A DNA stretch of 64,000 nucleotides from Leptolyngbyaceae cyanobacterium (lineage in GTDB: Bacteria; Cyanobacteriota; Cyanobacteriia; Phormidesmidales; Phormidesmidaceae). The DNA is taken from positions 1,536,001-1,600,000 of the forward strand of contig CBDHHL010000032.1 in the NCBI GenBank assembly GCA_965263355.1. Direction: 5' to 3'. Below the pieces are notes generated by a model. It worked only from the letters and a program-made list of their open reading frames with translations. It was not told where the DNA came from and made no database searches. Shown here in pieces: positions 58,437 to 64,000 of the stretch; the stretch's first letter is position 1; each line of letters opens with the position of its first letter. A program made the translations under genes and the position numbers.

Positions 58437-60368
58437 TTAAACCGATTGCAACTTGGAAAGATCCGGTTTAACCTTCAGTTTCACTACCAGGGCTGTAATA
58501 TTATCATGGCCATTTTGTTCGTTGGCCAGTTCAATTAAGTCGGCCACCCCCTCTTCGATCCCTTTATGTCCCCTAAGAATGGGCTCAATGTGGGTAGAGC
58601 AATGGGTTTCTAGCAATCTGTCATCACTCAGACCGTCGGAACACAGCAATAACAGCGTGTCTTCTGTAAGGTTTAGATAGTTAAAGCTAGGATCTAAAAC
58701 ATCTTCACCACAGGGACCAAGGGCCTGGGTAAGCTGGTAGGCATCTGGTCTAGCATAGGCAATGGCAGGTTCCACACCCCGTTTAATTTCTCTCTGGCCC
58801 ACTTCATGGTCAACGGTAATTTGTTGCAAACCCAATCGCTTAGTGTAGCGATATAGACGGCTATCGCCGACGTGGGCCGCCACGGCGTGAGTCCCTTTAA
58901 CCAGTAACATAACCAGCGTGGTACCCATGCGGGCACTACCGGTACGTTCCTCTAACTGATTTTTTTCATAGATAACTTGATTTGCTCGACTGATGGCCTG
59001 GCGTAGTTCTATTTCACTAGGGATATCTGTATGCCAATGACCATCGAGATAGTCCCGTAGGGTATCAACCGCTAGCTGACTGGCAACTTCACCACCAGAG
59101 TGGCCGCCCATGCCATCACACAGAATGTAGGCACACTTTGCATCTAAGGTCTGACTAGATAGGGTTTCCTGACGACTCAAAGCAGACTGAATAAAGTAGT
59201 TATCTTCATTGTGGTCCCGCTGTTGACCCACATGGGACTGGCCAGCGTCTTCCAGGCCCGTTAGCTTCATCGGTAACACCATGGTGGGTGAATCGATGCT
59301 ATCCATACCTGCATCGTCAGTCAGGTCGAGGTTTTCTAACCCTGGAATATCTAAATCTGCCAGGACATTGGCATCAGGAGAGGTTTCTGAGATGGCGAGG
59401 GCAATGTCTGTACCCAATTGGTATTTATCTGCGATCGCAACCAGAGCTTCCTTTAAATCGTCAATAACATCAAATTGCCCCTCAGTTACCTGGGCCGCAA
59501 GCTCTACAAGTTCACGTAAAGACTGCTTATTAGATTGGAGCAAAGACTGCCACAATAGCCCCATATCGGCCAAGCGATAGTCATTACGGTAGGGACCCAT
59601 CTCAATACATCTCAAACAGACGATTTGGTCCTCATCCATACATAGATTGCTAATGTTTAGCAAACTGCCCTGACCCTTAAAGACAGCCATGGCATCCCAA
59701 AGTTCAACCATGACATAAAAGCTATGCACCTGCTGTAATGGGTCTAACGTGGCCTGTTGCCAAACGCTAAGTAAATCTGGTAACTGTCGACGATCTTCAA
59801 TAATCAAGACACTATAGTCAGACTCAATCCAGGCCTGCTGCAGTTCTGGAATCGATGGGAAAAAACGACTATGGAGTGCTATGTAGGGATAGGCTATTAA
59901 AGGAAGGAGCTGCTTATCATCAGCTTTTCCAAGCGCAGTTAAGGCAAAATTATGACGCTGCTCTACCAAAGAGGACGCCATATCATTGGGCTTTGTATCT
60001 GTTACTTGAGCGTCCAATGGCTTTAGGCCGTCGGCACTCGGGGACAACTGATCAATCAACCGATACCGTTGCTGAGTACCCAACCAATCACCAGCTGCTC
60101 GAGAACCGAGCGTAGATGAAGCTATCGGAGTTACTGTATGGGCCGCTACCTGTTCCCAAATTTGTGGATCGCCGATGACGGACTGACTCATTTCAGGCAC
60201 TGGTGCTTCATCAACGACCAAAGCAACTGAGGGTTGTCCTGGAATAATCAGGGCTCTCCATACCTGTAGTGGTGACCCGCATGACTGGCAAAACTTATGC
60301 TCAGTAGGGTTATTAAATTGGCAATATGGGCAAATGATCATCAGTGGATGTAAGGGGGTCGTTGACAA
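58437..60368 (-). CDS. PP2C-family Ser/Thr phosphatase with N-terminal zinc ribbon
   Basis: CPYC...FCQSCG; HNEDNY, LCDGMGGH, MGTT, HVGDSR, CSDGL, GHDNIT. Confidence 0.92.
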   Translation of the reverse strand: MSTTPLHPLMIICPYCQFNNPTEHKFCQSCGSPLQVWRALIIPGQPSVALVVDEAPVPEMSQSVIGDPQIWEQVAAHTVTPIASSTLGSRAAGDWLGTQQRYRLIDQLSPSADGLKPLDAQVTDTKPNDMASSLVEQRHNFALTALGKADDKQLLPLIAYPYIALHSRFFPSIPELQQAWIESDYSVLIIEDRRQLPDLLSVWQQATLDPLQQVHSFYVMVELWDAMAVFKGQGSLLNISNLCMDEDQIVCLRCIEMGPYRNDYRLADMGLLWQSLLQSNKQSLRELVELAAQVTEGQFDVIDDLKEALVAIADKYQLGTDIALAISETSPDANVLADLDIPGLENLDLTDDAGMDSIDSPTMVLPMKLTGLEDAGQSHVGQQRDHNEDNYFIQSALSRQETLSSQTLDAKCAYILCDGMGGHSGGEVASQLAVDTLRDYLDGHWHTDIPSEIELRQAISRANQVIYEKNQLEERTGSARMGTTLVMLLVKGTHAVAAHVGDSRLYRYTKRLGLQQITVDHEVGQREIKRGVEPAIAYARPDAYQLTQALGPCGEDVLDPSFNYLNLTEDTLLLLCSDGLSDDRLLETHCSTHIEPILRGHKGIEEGVADLIELANEQNGHDNITALVVKLKVKPDLSKLQSV

Positions 60369-60966
60369 TGACCGCAGCTGAATAAAATTAAAGCGCTACT
60401 ATTGCTTGAATAAATCAACCCGCAAGCTGATAGATAAATCTCGTCTACATTCAGAACTTTAGTTTTTCTGTATGGTAAATTCAAGATTTTACTCTAAATC
60501 TAGTTGAATACATTTGCTTAAGAACATCTGATAAACAGCCCTAGACTTGTATAAACAACCTTAGACCCGTAATTAGTAACAGTGACATTGCCATAATCAA
60601 CTATTCCCAAAGTTAAAAATAGTCTTAGCGCCTAAAACCATTAAGTAGGGAACTTATAGTAGCTAAATACAGTTCAGCATAGCCGATAAGCAATCGGGGT
60701 ATTGATATAAACGTCATTAAAATTAAATTAATTGTAACGTCGTCTAGATTGAGGGCGAGAATGGTTCCTATGACGCCAGGAAAGTCTGTCATTGTGTTAA
60801 CTGACCTAACCTTCGCTGTTCATCATCGACTAGATAGCGTTACTGCCTAAGTTGTAGATTTCCAAATGTAGATCACAAATACTGACGTTTACAAGGCGCA
60901 GTTTAGGAAATTCAATAGATAGTGCAGCGTCAAAGCTAAAAATTCGGGTTAGATGTTAATAAAGAA

Positions 60967-61026
60967 TACTAGCGTCAGCCATATTTCCAGGGCTACGGGG
61001 TAAAGAGTGGCCCTTCATTGTGAGGC
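60967..61026. repeat. Dispersed 60-nt non-coding element, copy 2
   Basis: 51/60 ungapped identity to 7979-8038, same orientation. Confidence 0.8.
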
Positions 61027-61131
61027 CTGTAGACGAGCAATTAGCAGTGGAGCGCAGATATTTCTTGAAGCTGTATTGAGAAATAGTGAATTAAGTTAAG
61101 TCCCTAGATATGCTGAATAGATTCGATCAAC

Positions 61132-61467
61132 ATGAGTATTGGCAATATGATGAACAACGCCTCTAAGTATCGGTTTGTTTGCACGTTGACCTTTGGTGAC
61201 ATCTATGGCCAGATTATTGTCTGGCTAATTGTTCTATTTTTGAGTCTTGCATCTGCCCTCGCTCTTATGGGAGCTAGTCGTCCTATTTACGCGTTAGTTT
61301 GCGTAGGGCTGATTTTAGTGCTCTCACTTCCATTTCTACTTTTCGCTTTTGTGACGACGCTGATCAACCATATTGAATTTAGTGAAATAGAGGCTACTAC
61401 AGCGGCAGACAGCAAAAATCGATCGTTTAGCACTAGTCAACAAATGTCGAGTCAAACTGCATCCTAA
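61132..61467 (+). CDS. Small conserved 2-TM hypothetical protein
   Basis: CTLTFGDIYGQIIVWLIV...SLPFLLFAFVTTL.NHI. Confidence 0.8.
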   Translation: MSIGNMMNNASKYRFVCTLTFGDIYGQIIVWLIVLFLSLASALALMGASRPIYALVCVGLILVLSLPFLLFAFVTTLINHIEFSEIEATTAADSKNRSFSTSQQMSSQTAS

Positions 61468-61490
61468 ATTCCAAGAGTTAAGGCCTTGGT

Positions 61491-62468
61491 TTAATTAGCC
61501 TCTGACTCAACTGGATTAGGAGCATCAGTTGGGTCAGGGGTCGGTACTTCAGGAATTGCTGGTATATCCGGTATGTCTGCAGGAACGTCAGTCGGAGCCT
61601 CGACCGGAGCAGTCTCGCTGGCTGCTGGCGGATTGGTAGGTGTCTGATTAATTAGTTGCTGGATACGATCCTTAAATTGTACTGGAGCTAAGGATAAAGC
61701 GCTTTCAAATAAGGGTTGGGCCTCATCCTGTTTGCCAATTTCTCGTAGAATCAGGCCTTTGGCCAATATTGGACGAAAATCGACCGTGCCGCCCAATGCC
61801 TGGGCATCTTGTATGGCGATATCGTAGGTTGCGATCGCATCATCATAGCGAGATTGCTCAGCATAAACCTGCCCTAGCAGGAGTTTGACCGCAATTACAT
61901 CGATAGTGCCCGGTTGAATTTTATTTGACTGCTCGGCTGTTTCAAGTGTGTCCTGCAGTAGACCAATAGCAGCTTGAGGTCGTTCTTGCTCCACTAGTAA
62001 CGCCACTAGCCCTTGCAATGCTGCCATATTGCCAGGGTTGGCTGTCAATATGCTGCGATAGGTTTGAGCAGCCCCTTCCAAATCATTGAGTTCTTGCTTT
62101 GTTTGGGCTAATAACACAGAATATCGTGGCTCTTGGGGGTTTAGCTCGGCCAGTCTGGATAGGGGTTCGGCAGCACCCGCTAAATCGCCCAACCCGATGC
62201 GAGCTTCCACTAACCCCTCAAGGGCGGCCTGGTTATCAGGCTCGCGTTCCAGCACTAGCTCATAACCGTTGGCACGACCTTCTAGTTCAGCTTGACGATC
62301 CGTACTCGTGGCCGTTGGCACACTGTCGTCATAACCAGGGTTTTGATCTAATGCTGCTTGAATAAGAGGACCAATTGAGACCGCTATTAGTGCAGCAACA
62401 GCTATGAATAAAATACCGCCAACTAACCAGCGATTGCGTTTGACAGCCACAGGACTCCCCTCCTTCAA
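61491..62468 (-). CDS. Membrane-anchored TPR protein
   Basis: N-terminal TM, GYELVLEREPDN..AL.GL, DFRPILAK, Pro-rich tail. Confidence 0.85.
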   Translation of the reverse strand: MKEGSPVAVKRNRWLVGGILFIAVAALIAVSIGPLIQAALDQNPGYDDSVPTATSTDRQAELEGRANGYELVLEREPDNQAALEGLVEARIGLGDLAGAAEPLSRLAELNPQEPRYSVLLAQTKQELNDLEGAAQTYRSILTANPGNMAALQGLVALLVEQERPQAAIGLLQDTLETAEQSNKIQPGTIDVIAVKLLLGQVYAEQSRYDDAIATYDIAIQDAQALGGTVDFRPILAKGLILREIGKQDEAQPLFESALSLAPVQFKDRIQQLINQTPTNPPAASETAPVEAPTDVPADIPDIPAIPEVPTPDPTDAPNPVESEAN

Positions 62469-63000
62469 AGCAACTTGCCCATCTTAAACCCAAATGAGTC
62501 AGTACTGCTTAGCCATGGGCCTAACCTATGGGGATTGTTCGTACAGACATCTATTGACACTAAAATGCTTTAATCTAAGTCGAATAAAAATAGTAAATAT
62601 TTTCTTATGAACCACACTCATTAGCGCTACGCTGCGTCAAAGCATCGGTAACAAGTTCCCAACATTTGATTAGACAGAATATCCTTAAATTAAGCTGACA
62701 TCTGTCAAAATCTATGAATGGTAACGTAAAGCAACTATGGATTTACTTGGCCCAATTACCATTCAACCTATTTTTTTCAGATAGGCTTGGTTTATTAATC
62801 TAAAAACTGTTAGGTTCAACCAAACAGCAACCCGATTTCATTTTTATGACTTTTAGATAGATACAGATATAGCCCGATATAAGTAGTAGGTCAGCTATGG
62901 GTTTGCACATTCAAACCCATTAGCCCACCTCTAAATTAATTTAAACTGTTCAAACATTTTAAGTAAGCCGGTTTTCCTGATTGAGGAGGTTTCGAGATTG

Positions 63001-64000
63001 ATGAGTTCTGCAGACAGTCGCCCCCCTGAAATGCCCAATACTGCATCCGAGAACAAGCTGGATGTAAGCGCAGCTGCTGACTCGAATCGTCCTGCTCTCA
63101 AAAAACCACCTAGACGTCCTGTTAAGCCTGTTGCGCCTGTTGAAGAGAGCACATCGGTTAAGAATCCAGTTGCAGAGCAATTGGTGGCATTGAAGAAAGC
63201 CAACGCTCCTAAGCCTGAACCAGCGCCAGTCGAGAGCGTCGAGCCGGTTGCAATAGTCAGTGATGATGAACCCGAGTCTACTGAGCCTGAAGCCCCCCAA
63301 CCTAGGTTACAGCCTATTGCACCACCGAGTGAGCCCATGCAGTACAGGGCTATTGGTTTGCTAAAGGGGCGTTATGAACCCTCAGAAGAAACCTTTAATC
63401 GGGGCAGCATCATTAATCACGATGGCACTACCACTGCTGCTGTGCTTTTGGGCCGTACAACCAGTCTGGTTAAGAAGCACTTAGACCTGGAAAAGGAGCA
63501 CCTCTGGGTAGTTTATCCTCGGACTATTTTTCAAGACGATATTGGTATTGCTGTGCAAATCGTCGGTGTGTGGGAACCAGAAACCCTAGGCGATGATGAT
63601 GACGAGACCATCGAAGCGCCTGCGGGTGCAATTCAACCCGATTATTTCTCTATTCGTGGTGAGGTTGTGAAATATGATGAGCGGAAACAGGAAATCACGG
63701 TTAGCATTGTTCAGAAAATGCGTACTGGCAAGCAGCCTAAGCGCCCCTTTAAGCTATTAATTAATGGCAGCATTGCGGTTAAGACCATCGGCTATTTCTG
63801 GGATATGCATGTCAATCGGGAAGGAAACCAGTTTGTGTTGACGGATGGTAGCTATGTAGCGGCTGTTCCACCTAAGAAACGTTCCAAGAAAAAAATGGCT
63901 GGTGGTGGCCCTGGTAAACGGAAGCCAGCAAAGCGGTCTTCCCGTCCGAAGCCTAATTTAAATAATGATGATGGTATAAAAGCAGAAAAGCCAGCAGAAA
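63001..64000 (+). CDS. Hypothetical protein, runs off the window end (not in ORF track)
   Basis: GAGGAGG RBS then MSSADSRPP...QPIAPPSEPMQYRAIGLLKGRY...AVLLGR..SLVKKHLDL...LWVVYPRT; no stop seen before 64000. Confidence 0.8.
   Translation, partial: MSSADSRPPEMPNTASENKLDVSAAADSNRPALKKPPRRPVKPVAPVEESTSVKNPVAEQLVALKKANAPKPEPAPVESVEPVAIVSDDEPESTEPEAPQPRLQPIAPPSEPMQYRAIGLLKGRYEPSEETFNRGSIINHDGTTTAAVLLGRTTSLVKKHLDLEKEHLWVVYPRTIFQDDIGIAVQIVGVWEPETLGDDDDETIEAPAGAIQPDYFSIRGEVVKYDERKQEITVSIVQKMRTGKQPKRPFKLLINGSIAVKTIGYFWDMHVNREGNQFVLTDGSYVAAVPPKKRSKKKMAGGGPGKRKPAKRSSRPKPNLNNDDGIKAEKPAE

Larger units (their letters stand above)
1..64000. repeat. HIP1 octamer (GCGATCGC) scattered through the window
   Basis: Roughly 30 exact GCGATCGC palindromes seen by eye (e.g. 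near 3128, 9325, 14109, 22714, 35138, 50973, 61832), against about one expected by chance; hallmark of many cyanobacterial genomes. Confidence 0.9.

Overview
Chromosomal window from a cyanobacterium. Evidence: abundant HIP1 GCGATCGC octamers, psaM, ycf35 and narM. The gene content suggests a filamentous Leptolyngbya-like strain, which is an inference. Left arm: phoX and an unknown gene behind a candidate Pho box, then mscS, two TVP38/DedA genes and arsS. The main accessory block (about 8.8-25.3 kb) has two halves. Leftward are two RTX-type secreted proteins, an M10 metalloprotease and a 4x336-bp repeat protein. Rightward is a six-gene run: sigma-70-like factor, DUF1822-like protein, CHAT-CHASE2 membrane protein, DUF928-like exported protein, filamentous-haemagglutinin-like exoprotein and signal-peptide TPR-CHAT protease. 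Both CHAT domains keep their His/Cys dyad. This looks like a candidate trans-envelope proteolytic (caspase-like) sigma-factor signalling cascade and is the best candidate for an undescribed system here. Three genes (M10 protease, CAP-RTX protein, GAF-PAS kinase) are frameshifted by tandem duplications or repeat indels, which may be real or assembly artefacts. The right half is mostly core genes: PIN-PhoH, ctp, ribBA, psaM, phoU, rnr, ubiX, ferredoxin-ycf35-DUF2997, narM, Hsp70-like, speA, PP2C and TPR. The ORF track misses psaM, an Rpn/PD-(D/E)XK gene fragment and a gene running off the right end. A 60-nt non-coding element occurs twice, 53 kb apart. No rRNA, tRNA, CRISPR array or intact IS was seen. 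All family calls come from motif recognition by eye, not database searches.
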